A stretch of DNA of 64,000 nucleotides, from contig CALLXD010000005.1 of assembly GCA_937766455.1 (NCBI GenBank), positions 6,364-70,363 of the forward strand, read 5' to 3'. Positions 1 through 9,527 of the stretch are shown piece after piece. Below the pieces are notes generated by a model. It did no database searches and had not been told where the DNA came from. It worked only from the letters and a program-made list of their open reading frames with translations. Both the position numbers and the translations under genes were made by a program. Position 1 is the first letter of the stretch, and the number at the start of each line of letters is the position of its first letter. The DNA is from Vicinamibacterales bacterium. GTDB taxonomy: Bacteria > Acidobacteriota > Vicinamibacteria > Vicinamibacterales > UBA8438.

Positions 1-305
1 GCCATGAGCGGACGTGAGAATTCGTAGAACGTGTCGGACAAGATGACGACCTGGTAGCGCTCGCGCAGGGAATCGAGGAAATCGGCCGCGCCGTCCAGGG
101 GAGCCATGGTCTGGATGACGGATTCGATTTCGGGAAGCCCCAGCTTGTGCTGGCGCAGCAGATCCAGTCGGAACCGCATCAATTCGTCATAGTCCGCCAC
201 GTCACGTGTCGTCTTCTTGAGTGCCTCGATGCCAGTGACTTGGGCAAATTCAATCCAAATCTCTGGTATCAGGACACCTTCCAGATCCAGGCACACCACA
301 TCCAT
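1..305 (-). CDS. thrH: Phosphoserine phosphatase / homoserine phosphotransferase ThrH (5' part; runs off window edge; absent from ORF track)
   Basis: Manual translation MDVVCLDLEGVLIPEIWIEFAQVTGIEALKKTTRDVADYDELM...QVVILSDTFYEFSRPLM; HAD motif DLEGVL plus TTRD and SDTFYEF typical of ThrH. Confidence 0.9.
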   Translation of the reverse strand, partial: MDVVCLDLEGVLIPEIWIEFAQVTGIEALKKTTRDVADYDELMRFRLDLLRQHKLGLPEIESVIQTMAPLDGAADFLDSLRERYQVVILSDTFYEFSRPLM

Positions 306-486
306 CAAGAACCACCCTTAGTTGAACAGTCCGCGAGCCGGGCCGAACCGAAGGCTCTAAGCCAAAGCGCAATTATTGATCAGACCCGCGACACACACCG
401 GCCGTGGGTCCGCGGATGCCAGCACGAGGTGCCCCTGCAACTCTCCGTCGCCGTTCGTGCCGATGGTGTGCAAGAATTTGGACGGG

Positions 487-1194
487 ATGACTGTCCCTGT
501 GGGTTACTGGGTCGCTTTACTGTCGGTGCTGTGTGGCCTGGTCTATCTGGGGCTGAGGTGCCGCGCCCTCCGGGCCACAGCGGGTGACCTGTCGACCGCG
601 CTCAGCCGGCGAGAAACCGAGCTCCTGGAAGCGCGGGAATCGTTGCACCGCATAGCCGCGATTGACCCGGTCACCTCGTTGGCCAACCACAGTGCGTTCC
701 AGGAATTCCGCCAGGCCGAGTGGCGACGGGCCCTCCGCGAGGCCTCCTGCATCAGCGTGTTGCTGGTCGACATCGACTATTTTCGCGACTACAACGACCG
801 GCTGGGGCATCAAGCCGGCGACGAATGCCTGGCCAGGATCGGGAGCACGCTCAAGGGGGTCGTCCAGCGGCCCGGTGACCTCGTGGCACGGTACGGTGGT
901 GGGGAATTTGCGGTCGTGATGTCGCGGACGGATCCGCAGGGCGCGTCCCTGGTGGCCCATCGCATCTGTGCGGCGGTCGAAGCGGTGGCCATGAAACACC
1001 CCGAATCGGAGGTCTCACCCCACGTAACGGTCAGCGTCGGCGTGTCGACGTCCACGCCCGCCGTCGATTCACATTGGGAAGAGTTGGAACTCGTGGCCGC
1101 AGCGAACAGAGCCCTCACGCAAGCCAAAGAGGCCGGCCGAAACCAAATCGCCACCATAGAAGCCGACCCCGAAGACCCCACCAGCGAGACGTAG
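487..1194 (+). CDS. Membrane-anchored GGDEF-domain protein with degenerate active-site motif (GGGEF); start uncertain
   Basis: N-terminal TM helix, coiled coil, DPVTSLAN, DIDYFRDYNDRLGHQAGD, I-site RPGD, RYGGGEF, AKEAGRN. Confidence 0.85.
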   Translation: MTVPVGYWVALLSVLCGLVYLGLRCRALRATAGDLSTALSRRETELLEARESLHRIAAIDPVTSLANHSAFQEFRQAEWRRALREASCISVLLVDIDYFRDYNDRLGHQAGDECLARIGSTLKGVVQRPGDLVARYGGGEFAVVMSRTDPQGASLVAHRICAAVEAVAMKHPESEVSPHVTVSVGVSTSTPAVDSHWEELELVAAANRALTQAKEAGRNQIATIEADPEDPTSET

Positions 1195-1238
1195 CTCAGT
1201 CTTTGTCGGGAGGGCCCCGTCGGACCGGTTCGACCCCA

Positions 1239-1265
1239 GTTTTCCTGGCGACTCGCCAGGAAAAC
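1239..1265. terminator. Perfect hairpin between convergent GGDEF gene and suf operon (probable terminator/stabiliser)
   Basis: GTTTTCCTGGCG-ACT-CGCCAGGAAAAC, 12-bp stem, directly after the sufT stop; no clear following U-tract. Confidence 0.55.
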
Positions 1266-1796
1266 CTAGAGGAGGCCTAGTTGGAGTTTGGCTGCGTCGC
1301 TCATCTTGCTCATCTCCCAGGTCGGGTCCCAAACCACGTCGACCCAGGCGTCGCTCACGCCGGGCACTGACTTGGCTTTCGCCTTGACCTCACCGGGAAG
1401 ACTTTGCGCCGCTGGGCATCCGGGTGATGTCAGGGTCATGCGGACGCCCACCAATCCCTGTGCGTCGACGTCGATGTCGTAGATCAGACCCATTTCGTAG
1501 ATATTGACAGGGATCTCAGGGTCGTAGACCGTCGACAGCGCCTCGATCAGCTTGGGCTTCAACTCAAGCATCTTCAGTGGATCCACGTCGATCGGATCGT
1601 GCGTGGTCGTCGGCGCCGGTGCCGGTGGTTCCGAAGAGCCGAGGTCGGTCCGCGGCGGTTCCTCTCGCGGCGGGGTCATCTCGGTGGCGACGCTGGCGTC
1701 CGCCGGTTCACCGGTCAGGGCGGACAGGTCGAAGCCCTCCGGTTCCTCCGGCTTTTGGGGCTCCTTGGCCGATTTCTTGAAATTGAAAATTCCCAC
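1266..1796 (-). CDS. sufT: SUF Fe-S assembly protein SufT/PaaD-like (DUF59)
   Basis: VYDPEIPVNIYEMGLIY...MTLTSPGCP...VVWDPTW; last gene of suf operon. Confidence 0.9.
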   Translation of the reverse strand: MGIFNFKKSAKEPQKPEEPEGFDLSALTGEPADASVATEMTPPREEPPRTDLGSSEPPAPAPTTTHDPIDVDPLKMLELKPKLIEALSTVYDPEIPVNIYEMGLIYDIDVDAQGLVGVRMTLTSPGCPAAQSLPGEVKAKAKSVPGVSDAWVDVVWDPTWEMSKMSDAAKLQLGLL

Positions 1797-1799
1797 GGT

Positions 1800-2246
1800 T
1801 TACTCCGTTGATATCTGATCTTGACTGTTGTCGACGGCAGCGATCAGCGTATGCCACGCCAGGATCGCGCACTTGACGCGAGCCGGATAGTCCCGAACAC
1901 CTGCAAACACCGCCAATTTGCCGAGAGTTGCGTCGGTCGGAGCAGCCCGATCGGTCACCAGTTGGTGAAATCGTTCAAAAAGCGCTTTCACTTCATCAAG
2001 AGTCTTCCCCTTGATTCCCTCGGTCATCAAGGAGGCCGACGCTTTCGAAATCGCGCACCCTGAGCCTTCGAATCGAACGTCGGTGACGACCTCGTCAACG
2101 ACGTTCAACGCGATTGTGAGCTTGTCACCGCACAACGGGTTGTGGCCGTCGGCGTGCAACATCGCATCCTCAAGGACGCCAAAATTGCGTGGACTCCGAT
2201 TGTGGTCGAGGATGACCTCTTGATACAGCTCTCTCAAATCGGACAT
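1800..2246 (-). CDS. sufU: SUF NifU-like sulfur-transfer protein SufU
   Basis: LRELYQEVILDH, NPLCGD, GCAISKAS, RVKCAILAW. Confidence 0.93.
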   Translation of the reverse strand: MSDLRELYQEVILDHNRSPRNFGVLEDAMLHADGHNPLCGDKLTIALNVVDEVVTDVRFEGSGCAISKASASLMTEGIKGKTLDEVKALFERFHQLVTDRAAPTDATLGKLAVFAGVRDYPARVKCAILAWHTLIAAVDNSQDQISTE

Positions 2247-2267
2247 GAAGATTCCCGTTCCGGTGTG

Positions 2268-3545
2268 CTAGCCGAACACCTCACGTACCTTGTTCAGCGC
2301 CGACACCAGCTGATCGATTTCAGCCGTCGTGTTGTACATCGCGAGCGACGCGCGGGCCGTGGCTGGAACCTGGAATCTGTCCATGACTGGCTGCGTGCAG
2401 TGATGTCCGGTTCGAATGGCCACTCCCTCGGTGTCCACGATGGTGCCGATGTCATGCGCGTGGACGCCGTCGAGCACGAATGACAGGATGCTCGCCTTGT
2501 TCGGCGCCGTCCCGATGAGTCGAAGCCCGGGCACGGCGCTGAGTGCGGCGGTCGCGTACGAGAGCAGCTGGCGTTCATGGGCGGCGATGGCCCCGAAGCC
2601 CACCCCGGTGATGAAGTCCACCGCGGCGCCGAGACCGATCGCGCCGGCGATATGCGGGGTGCCAGCTTCAAACTTGTGCGGCACGTCGTTATAGGTGGTC
2701 CGCTCAAAGGTCACGGACCGAATCATGTCCCCGCCGCCCTGGTAGGGCGGCATGGCATCGAGCAACGCGCGGCGCCCATACAGCGCGCCGATGCCGGTCG
2801 GGCCATACAGCTTGTGGCCCGTCACGACGTAGAAATCGCAGCCAAGCGCCTGCACATCGACCGGCATGTGATAGGCCGCCTGCGAGCCGTCGATAAGCAC
2901 CGGTACACCCTGAGCCTGGGCCAGTTCAACCACCTGGCGCACGGGATTGACGGTGCCGAGCGAGTTCGACATGTGCACGATTGACAGCAATTTGGTGCGA
3001 GGACCGAGCAGCGAAGCCAGCTCGTCGAGCATGAGCTCGCCGGTATCCGTGATGGGCACCACCCGGAGCCGGGCGCCCTGCTCTTCGCAGAGCATCTGCC
3101 ACGGCACGATGTTTGAGTGGTGCTCCATGGTCGAGATCACCACTTCATCGCCTGCGCCGACCTGCCGACGGCCAAACGTCTGCGCCACGAGGTTGATCCC
3201 CTCGGTGGCGTTGCGCGTGAAAATGATCTCTGCCGGCTCGGCTGCATGAAGAAAGCGGGCGACCTTCCCACGCGCGCCCTCATAGGCCTCTGTGGCCTGT
3301 TGACTCAGCGCATATACGCCACGGTGGATGTTCGCGTTCTCTGAGGCGTAGTAGCGCGACAGCGTATCGAGCACCGCGTGCGGTTTTTGCGTGGTGGCCG
3401 CATTGTCGAGATACGCGAGCGGCTTGTCGCCGGCGCGCTGCGCGAGAATCGGAAACTGCTCGCGGATCCGCTCGACGTCGAACGGCGCGTCCGTCGCGGT
3501 TGAGCCCGTGGGTGTGTGTGTGGTTGTCACGTCAGCGTCGCTCAC
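2268..3545 (-). CDS. sufS: Cysteine desulfurase SufS
   Basis: YLDNAATTQKP, GHKLYGPTG (PLP Lys), RTGHHC; GTG start overlaps sufD stop (GTGA). Confidence 0.95.
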   Translation of the reverse strand: MSDADVTTTHTPTGSTATDAPFDVERIREQFPILAQRAGDKPLAYLDNAATTQKPHAVLDTLSRYYASENANIHRGVYALSQQATEAYEGARGKVARFLHAAEPAEIIFTRNATEGINLVAQTFGRRQVGAGDEVVISTMEHHSNIVPWQMLCEEQGARLRVVPITDTGELMLDELASLLGPRTKLLSIVHMSNSLGTVNPVRQVVELAQAQGVPVLIDGSQAAYHMPVDVQALGCDFYVVTGHKLYGPTGIGALYGRRALLDAMPPYQGGGDMIRSVTFERTTYNDVPHKFEAGTPHIAGAIGLGAAVDFITGVGFGAIAAHERQLLSYATAALSAVPGLRLIGTAPNKASILSFVLDGVHAHDIGTIVDTEGVAIRTGHHCTQPVMDRFQVPATARASLAMYNTTAEIDQLVSALNKVREVFG

Positions 3546-4864
3546 CCGCCGGCGCCGACCGGCAGCCGCTCCGTGAGTAGCGTGTCGAGTTGACGTCTGA
3601 CGGCGTCGATCTTGATGTGGCTCAGCAGGTCCGCCGCAAACGCGTGAATCAGGAGTTGTCGTGCCTGCGCTTCGGATAGCGCCCGAGACCGCAGGTAGAA
3701 CAGTGACTCCGCGTCGAGTTGGCCGACCGTGGCCCCGTGGGTGCACTTCACGTCGTCGGCGAAGATCTCGAGCTGCGGCTTTGTCGTGACCTGTGCATCT
3801 TCTGACAGCAGCAGCGCCTTGTTCGACTGCTTCGCGTCCGTCTTCTGCGCATCGAGGCGCACAATGATTTTGCCGTTGAATACTGCCCGGCTGCGGCCGC
3901 TGAGTATGCCTTTGTACAACTCATAGCTGTCACAGTGGGGTTTCGCATGGTCCATCGTCGTCTGGTTGTCGACCAATTGCTGGCCATTGCCCAGATACAA
4001 CCCGTTCAACGTACAGACTGCACCCTCCCCGTCCAGCACCACATGGGCTTCGTGCCGAACGATGGCGCCGCTGAGCGTGATGGCATGCGAGGAAAAATTG
4101 CTGGCCCGGCCAAGTCGTGCGAACAGTCCGCCGATCCGGAAGCCTGCCTGCGCCTCGCGCACGATCGCGTAGTGGTCGACAACCGCACCATCGGCTACGA
4201 CGATCTCGGTCAGGGTGTTGTTGAGATACGGCGTGTCTCCCTCACCCGCGTGACTCTCGACCACGCGTACCTGACTGTTGGCGTCGGCCAGCACCAGGGC
4301 CCGCGGTTGACTCATCACGGGAACGCCGCCGCCCGTGGTGATGAACACGAGATGGATAGGCGCGTCAACGACGATACCCGCGCCGATTTCGATCACGGCC
4401 CCATCTCTGAGAAATGCGGTGTTGAGCGCGGTGAACGCGTGGTTCTCAATTCGAGCCAGGCGTCCGAGATGAGGGAGCACCGTATCCGGGTCACTGACCA
4501 GCACCTCGGCCAGGCTCCGCGCCCGTACCCCGGCTGGCAAGCCGTCGGTCGTCGAGAGCCCCGGCATGAACCACCCGTTCACGAACACCAGTTCTGGTCC
4601 GCCCAATTTGGGCAACGACAGCGCATCGAGCGCGGCCTGGCCGTATGTGGGCGTCCTTTCGGGAGCCACGAACGGTGTTTGGGCGATCGGGGCCACGTTC
4701 GAAAAGCGCCAATCTTCCATCCGCGTCGTCGGAAAACCGAGGCGGTCAAAGCAGTGGAACGCGTCGTCACGAAGGGACGCCAGCGCATTCGGCAGCGCCG
4801 AGGCCTGTGCGCTCGCGGCAAATTGGGCGGCGTAGCTGTCTGCACCGGTGGCGATCTGGGTCAT
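3542..4864 (-). CDS. sufD: Fe-S cluster assembly protein SufD
   Basis: GFPTTRMEDWRF, KPQLEIFADDVKCTHGATVG. Confidence 0.95.
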   Translation of the reverse strand: MTQIATGADSYAAQFAASAQASALPNALASLRDDAFHCFDRLGFPTTRMEDWRFSNVAPIAQTPFVAPERTPTYGQAALDALSLPKLGGPELVFVNGWFMPGLSTTDGLPAGVRARSLAEVLVSDPDTVLPHLGRLARIENHAFTALNTAFLRDGAVIEIGAGIVVDAPIHLVFITTGGGVPVMSQPRALVLADANSQVRVVESHAGEGDTPYLNNTLTEIVVADGAVVDHYAIVREAQAGFRIGGLFARLGRASNFSSHAITLSGAIVRHEAHVVLDGEGAVCTLNGLYLGNGQQLVDNQTTMDHAKPHCDSYELYKGILSGRSRAVFNGKIIVRLDAQKTDAKQSNKALLLSEDAQVTTKPQLEIFADDVKCTHGATVGQLDAESLFYLRSRALSEAQARQLLIHAFAADLLSHIKIDAVRRQLDTLLTERLPVGAGG

Positions 4865-4872
4865 GTGATCAC

Positions 4873-5634
4873 CTATACCGATGCCGTCGCCGGCTCGGTC
4901 TCGATCCAGCCATAGCCCTTGGCTTCGAGTTCAAGGGCCAGTTCCTTGCCACCGGACTTGACGATCCGGCCACCGGACAGGACGTGCACGAAGTCGGGCA
5001 CGATGTAGTTCAGCAGCCGTTGGTAGTGAGTGACCACCACCATCGATCGATCAGGGCTCCGGAGCGCATTGACGCCGCCGGCAACGGTCTTCAGGGCGTC
5101 GATATCGAGCCCGGAGTCCGTTTCATCGAGTATCGCCAGCGTCGGTTCGAGCACGGCCATCTGGAAAATTTCGTTCCGCTTCTTCTCTCCGCCGGAGAAT
5201 CCTTCATTGACCGGCCGGCTGAGGAGCGTGTCATCCATCTGCAGCAGCGCCATCCGTTCACGGATCAAGGTCATGAAGTCCATCGCGTCAAGCTCCGGCT
5301 CGCCGCGGTGCTTGCGCACCTCGTTCAATCCGGCTTTGAGCAGATAGGCATTGTTCACACCGGGGATCTCGACCGGATACTGGAAGGCGAGAAACACCCC
5401 TTCCCGCGCCCGTTCCTCCGGTTCGAGGTCTAGCAGGTCCTGTCCTTTGAAGGTGACGGTGCCGCCGGTCACTTCAAGTCCGTCTCGGCCTGCGAGCACA
5501 CCGGCCAGCGTGCTCTTCCCGGAGCCGTTCGGTCCCATGATGGCGTGGACCTCACCGGCGTTCACGGTCAGATTGATGCCTTTCAGAATCTGGCGGTCGC
5601 CCGCCGAGGCATGTAAATCACGAATTTCGAGCAT
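4873..5634 (-). CDS. sufC: Fe-S cluster assembly ATPase SufC
   Basis: GPNGSGKS, AFQYPVEIPGV, NEGFSGGEKKR, LDETDSGLDID, VTHYQRLL. Confidence 0.96.
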   Translation of the reverse strand: MLEIRDLHASAGDRQILKGINLTVNAGEVHAIMGPNGSGKSTLAGVLAGRDGLEVTGGTVTFKGQDLLDLEPEERAREGVFLAFQYPVEIPGVNNAYLLKAGLNEVRKHRGEPELDAMDFMTLIRERMALLQMDDTLLSRPVNEGFSGGEKKRNEIFQMAVLEPTLAILDETDSGLDIDALKTVAGGVNALRSPDRSMVVVTHYQRLLNYIVPDFVHVLSGGRIVKSGGKELALELEAKGYGWIETEPATASV

Positions 5635-5680
5635 GTCCTTGTCTTTCGTTTCTTTCTGGTGCCGAACAATCACGCGGTGT

Positions 5681-7123
5681 TTAGCCGACGCTGCCTTCGA
5701 GGCTGACGCCAAGCAGCTTCTGTGCCTCGACCGCAAACTCCATCGGCAACTCACGGAACACTTCTTTACAAAACCCGTTGACGATGAGGTTGACCGCATC
5801 CTCGGTCGAGAGTCCTCGCTGCCGACAATAAAAAATCTGGTCTTCCCCGATTTTCGAGGTTGATGCCTCGTGCTCGACCTGCGAGGTGGTGTTCTTGACC
5901 TCGAGATAGGGGAACGTGTGCGCGCCACACCGGTCCCCGATGAGCAGCGAGTCGCACTGCGAGAAATTGCGTGCGCCTGTCGCGCCTTTTCCGATCCGAA
6001 CCAGTCCGCGGTACGTGTTCTGGCCCCGTCCGGCGGAGATCCCCTTCGAGATGATGGTGCTGCGCGTGTTCTTGCCCAGGTGCACCATCTTTGTCCCGGT
6101 GTCGGCCTCCTGGCAGTTGTTCGTCACGGCGACCGAATAGAACTCGCCGACCGAGTTGTCCCCCTGGAGGATGCAGCTTGGATATTTCCAGGTGATCGCG
6201 GAGCCGGTCTCCACCTGGGTCCAGGTGACCTTCGCGTTGGCGAACGCCTTTCCTCGCTTGGTCACGAAGTTGAAGATGCCGCCTTTGCCGTTCTCGTCGC
6301 CGGGATACCAGTTCTGTACGGTGGAGTACTTGATGGTGGCGTCATCCAGTGCCACCAGCTCGACGACCGCCGCATGCAACTGGTTCTCGTCCCGTTGCGG
6401 TGCCGTGCAGCCCTCGAGATAGCTGACCTCGGCTCCCTCATCGGCGATCAGCAGGGTCCGCTCGAACTGTCCGGTGTTGGCCGCGTTGATGCGGAAGTAT
6501 GTGGAGAGCTCCATCGGGCACTTCACCCCTTTCGGGATGTAGGCGAACGATCCGTCACTAAAGACGGCGGAGTTCAGTGCGGCAAAGAAATTGTCCGAGT
6601 GGGGTACGACGGAGCCCAGGTATTTCCGGACCAGGTCGGGATGTTCCCGCACCGCTTCGGAAAACGAGCAAAAGATGATGCCCAGATTCGCCAACGTGTC
6701 CTTGAACGTGGTGGCCACCGACACGCTGTCAAAGACGGCGTCGACGGCCACTCCTGAGAGCCGTTTCTGCTCGTCAAGCGAGATCCCGAGTTTGTCGAAC
6801 GTCGCTCGAATTTCAGGGTCGACGTCGTCCAGACTGTCGAGTTTGATCTGCTTTTTGGGCGCCGCGTAGTAACTGATGGATTGGTAGTCGATCGGGTCGT
6901 AATGGACGTTGTGCCACTCCGGCTCGGACATCTTCAACCAGACGCGAAACGCGTTGAGGCGCCACTCCAACAGCCATTCCGGCTCTTCCTTCTTTGAAGA
7001 GATGAGCCGAACGACGTCTTCGTTCAGCCCGATCGGGATGGAATCGGTTTCGACATCGGTGACGAAGCCGTACTTGTATTCCTGATTCGCAAGCTCTTCA
7101 ACGGTCTCGGTGGCAGTACTCAT
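5681..7123 (-). CDS. sufB: Fe-S cluster assembly protein SufB
   Basis: [40 protein letters not shown]. Confidence 0.97.
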   Translation of the reverse strand: MSTATETVEELANQEYKYGFVTDVETDSIPIGLNEDVVRLISSKKEEPEWLLEWRLNAFRVWLKMSEPEWHNVHYDPIDYQSISYYAAPKKQIKLDSLDDVDPEIRATFDKLGISLDEQKRLSGVAVDAVFDSVSVATTFKDTLANLGIIFCSFSEAVREHPDLVRKYLGSVVPHSDNFFAALNSAVFSDGSFAYIPKGVKCPMELSTYFRINAANTGQFERTLLIADEGAEVSYLEGCTAPQRDENQLHAAVVELVALDDATIKYSTVQNWYPGDENGKGGIFNFVTKRGKAFANAKVTWTQVETGSAITWKYPSCILQGDNSVGEFYSVAVTNNCQEADTGTKMVHLGKNTRSTIISKGISAGRGQNTYRGLVRIGKGATGARNFSQCDSLLIGDRCGAHTFPYLEVKNTTSQVEHEASTSKIGEDQIFYCRQRGLSTEDAVNLIVNGFCKEVFRELPMEFAVEAQKLLGVSLEGSVG

Positions 7124-7196
7124 GATGCTCCTGAGCGGTACCCCAGCACCCCTCGCTGCGCGGACGGTACACAGGTCAGATTAGTGGTCTAGGGCT

Positions 7197-7221
7197 ATTC
7201 CCGACCGAATTGGTCGTATAT
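7197..7221 (-). promoter_or_regulatory. Putative IscR type-1 / Rrf2-family operator upstream of suf operon
   Basis: Minus strand ATATACGACCAATTCGGTCGGGAAT resembles ATASYYGACTRwwwYAGTCRRSTAT; palindromic core CGACC-N5-GGTCG ~75 bp upstream of sufB. Confidence 0.65.
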
Positions 7222-7313
7222 CAACATACCACGCCAGCCAGGAATCAGGGAACCCCTTCGCGCGGTGACGATTGACGTTGGGGCGGTAGCGCGAACGGCT
7301 ATGGATTGAGGAG

Positions 7314-9011
7314 TTATTCGGCGCTGGCGGGCGATGGCCTCATAACACTCAAGGTGAGGCCCACCGCCACGACGGCGGCGGCGCCGACGACGTTGTACCA
7401 AATATAGGAAATCTCGCTGGTCGCCTCGACAAGCCCGACCACAGCCATCCCGGCGAGCAGCCCCCAGAAGGCCCCATTGGCCGTCGCCCGCGGCACCGCG
7501 ATGGCGAGTATGAACACCCCGAGTAGCGAGCCGTAGAAGTAGGACCCCACGCGGTTGACGACCTCGATGAGCGACCCGAGATTCGCGGCGTACAGCGCAA
7601 AACCGGTGGCGAAAACGCCCCAGAACGCGGTTGTCACCTTCGACACGAACAGGTAGTGCCGGTCGGTGGCTTCCGGTCGCAGATGGCGTTTGTAGAAATC
7701 CATCACACTGGTGGCCGACAGGGCGTTGAGCTCGGCCGCAATGCTCGACATGGCGGCGGCCAACACCGCGGCGATCAGCAGCCCGACCAAGCCGATGGGG
7801 AGCCGTGTCGTGATGAACGTCGGGAATACATAGTTGACATCCGAGTAATTGGTATCGCCGCTCACCGCCCGTACCAGGTCCACGGCGCCGGCACGGACGT
7901 CCGCAACCTGCGCCTGGCTTTCGAGAAAGCGGCTGCGCGCCTCGGCGGTGGCTTGGGCGTCGCCCGAACGACGAACCGTAATCATCTGGTTGGCCGCGTC
8001 ACGGCGGTCCTCGAACGCGGTGTGGAACTGCGTCTCCAGTTCGGTGAACTCCGCCGCGCGCGCGCCAGCCCGAATCTCACTCTCGTGAGTCGGGTTGAAC
8101 AGCATCGGGGGCTCCTGGAACAGATAAAACACGAAGACGAGCACCCCGGTGAGCAGAATCAGCGCTTGCAAAGGGATTTTCCAAAACGCGCTCATCAGCA
8201 ACGAACGACGGCCCGCGTCGACCGACTGGGCGGTCAGATATCGCTGGACCTGGCTCTGATCGCACCCGAAATACCCGAGCATGAGGAAGACTCCGCCGAG
8301 CAATCCTGACCAGAAGGTGTAGGTCTCGGTGAGATCGAAGCTGAAGTCGATGGTCGTCAGTCGTCCGGTGGCCCCGGCCACATGGAGCGCTTCTCCTACC
8401 CCCACCCCATCGGGTAGATCGAAAATCAGGATGCAGACCGCGGCTGTGACCCCGCCGACGATGACCACCATCTGCTTCACGTCCGCCCATGTCACCGCTT
8501 GCACGCCACCAAACATGGTGTACAGGGTGGTCGGTACGCCGATGGCGAGAGCCGTGAAGACCAGGTTCCATCCCAGTACGATCGACAGCACCACGGCCGG
8601 GGCTGAGATGACGACCCCGACCGCGAGACCGCGAGAGATCAGGAACAAGAGGCCGGCCAGGGCTCGGGTCTTACTGTCGAATCGTCGCTCGAGGTATTCG
8701 TAGGCGGTGAAGACCTTCGCTCTGTAGAAGAACGGGACCAAGGTCACGGACAAAATGATCATCGCGACCGGCAGGCCGAAGTAGAACTGCACAAACCGCA
8801 TGCCGTCCGCGTAGCCCTGACCGGTGGTCCCAACGAGGGTGATCGCGCTCATCTGGGTGGCCATCACGGACAACCCGACCGCCCACCACGGAAGCGACCG
8901 TCCGGCCAGAAAATACCCCTCCACGCCGTCGGTGTGCTTCGAGCGCTTGAGCCCGTCGTAGATCACCCATGTGAGGTAGGCGACGATGATGCCCCAGTCG
9001 ATTGGATGCAT
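7314..9011 (-). CDS. Sodium:solute symporter (SSS family)
   Basis: [36 protein letters not shown]; many TM helices with a long hydrophilic insertion. Confidence 0.93.
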   Translation of the reverse strand: MHPIDWGIIVAYLTWVIYDGLKRSKHTDGVEGYFLAGRSLPWWAVGLSVMATQMSAITLVGTTGQGYADGMRFVQFYFGLPVAMIILSVTLVPFFYRAKVFTAYEYLERRFDSKTRALAGLLFLISRGLAVGVVISAPAVVLSIVLGWNLVFTALAIGVPTTLYTMFGGVQAVTWADVKQMVVIVGGVTAAVCILIFDLPDGVGVGEALHVAGATGRLTTIDFSFDLTETYTFWSGLLGGVFLMLGYFGCDQSQVQRYLTAQSVDAGRRSLLMSAFWKIPLQALILLTGVLVFVFYLFQEPPMLFNPTHESEIRAGARAAEFTELETQFHTAFEDRRDAANQMITVRRSGDAQATAEARSRFLESQAQVADVRAGAVDLVRAVSGDTNYSDVNYVFPTFITTRLPIGLVGLLIAAVLAAAMSSIAAELNALSATSVMDFYKRHLRPEATDRHYLFVSKVTTAFWGVFATGFALYAANLGSLIEVVNRVGSYFYGSLLGVFILAIAVPRATANGAFWGLLAGMAVVGLVEATSEISYIWYNVVGAAAVVAVGLTLSVMRPSPASAE

Positions 9012-9058
9012 GGTGACGTTTCAACGGAGCACACGGATCACGGTGGGGACGGCGCGCA

Positions 9059-9211
9059 TCAGCCCGAAAAGTACCGTGAGAAGAGCCACAGTCCGGTGAG
9101 TACCACCACTTCGGTGGCCACCACCGCGACGTAGACAAAGCCGAACGGTTCCTCGCCCCGGGTGTCGATGACCCGCGGTTGTCTCGGTGCAGCGGCAGTG
9201 GTGTGGTCCAT
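9059..9211 (-). CDS. Small single-TM protein preceding SSS symporter
   Basis: MDHTT...EPFGFVYVAVVATEVVVLTGLWLFSRYFSG, 50 aa, co-oriented 47 bp upstream of the symporter. Confidence 0.6.
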   Translation of the reverse strand: MDHTTAAAPRQPRVIDTRGEEPFGFVYVAVVATEVVVLTGLWLFSRYFSG

Positions 9212-9527
9212 GTGCAGATGTGCCTGTGCGGCAGTATACCCGCCCCATCGCAGCGCGGCCGATCCCACTGGCCAGGGCCCAGGGGCCGCGGGGTTGCACC
9301 CCGGCGACCGCGCCGATAGAATTGCGCGGGCATTGGGAGCGCTTGTGAAAAAATGCGCGTTTCCGAAACTCGGGCCAGCGCGTGGTTGGATCGTGTCGCG
9401 CCGGCGAGTGACGAGAACGCTGACGCGCGGCTAGATGCGCCCGCTGCCAGACGAAAGTTTGCTGCTCCGACAAGGCCGCGACATTGGCTGGTCGGTATCC
9501 GGGAAGGTCAAGAAAGGAGTCACGACG

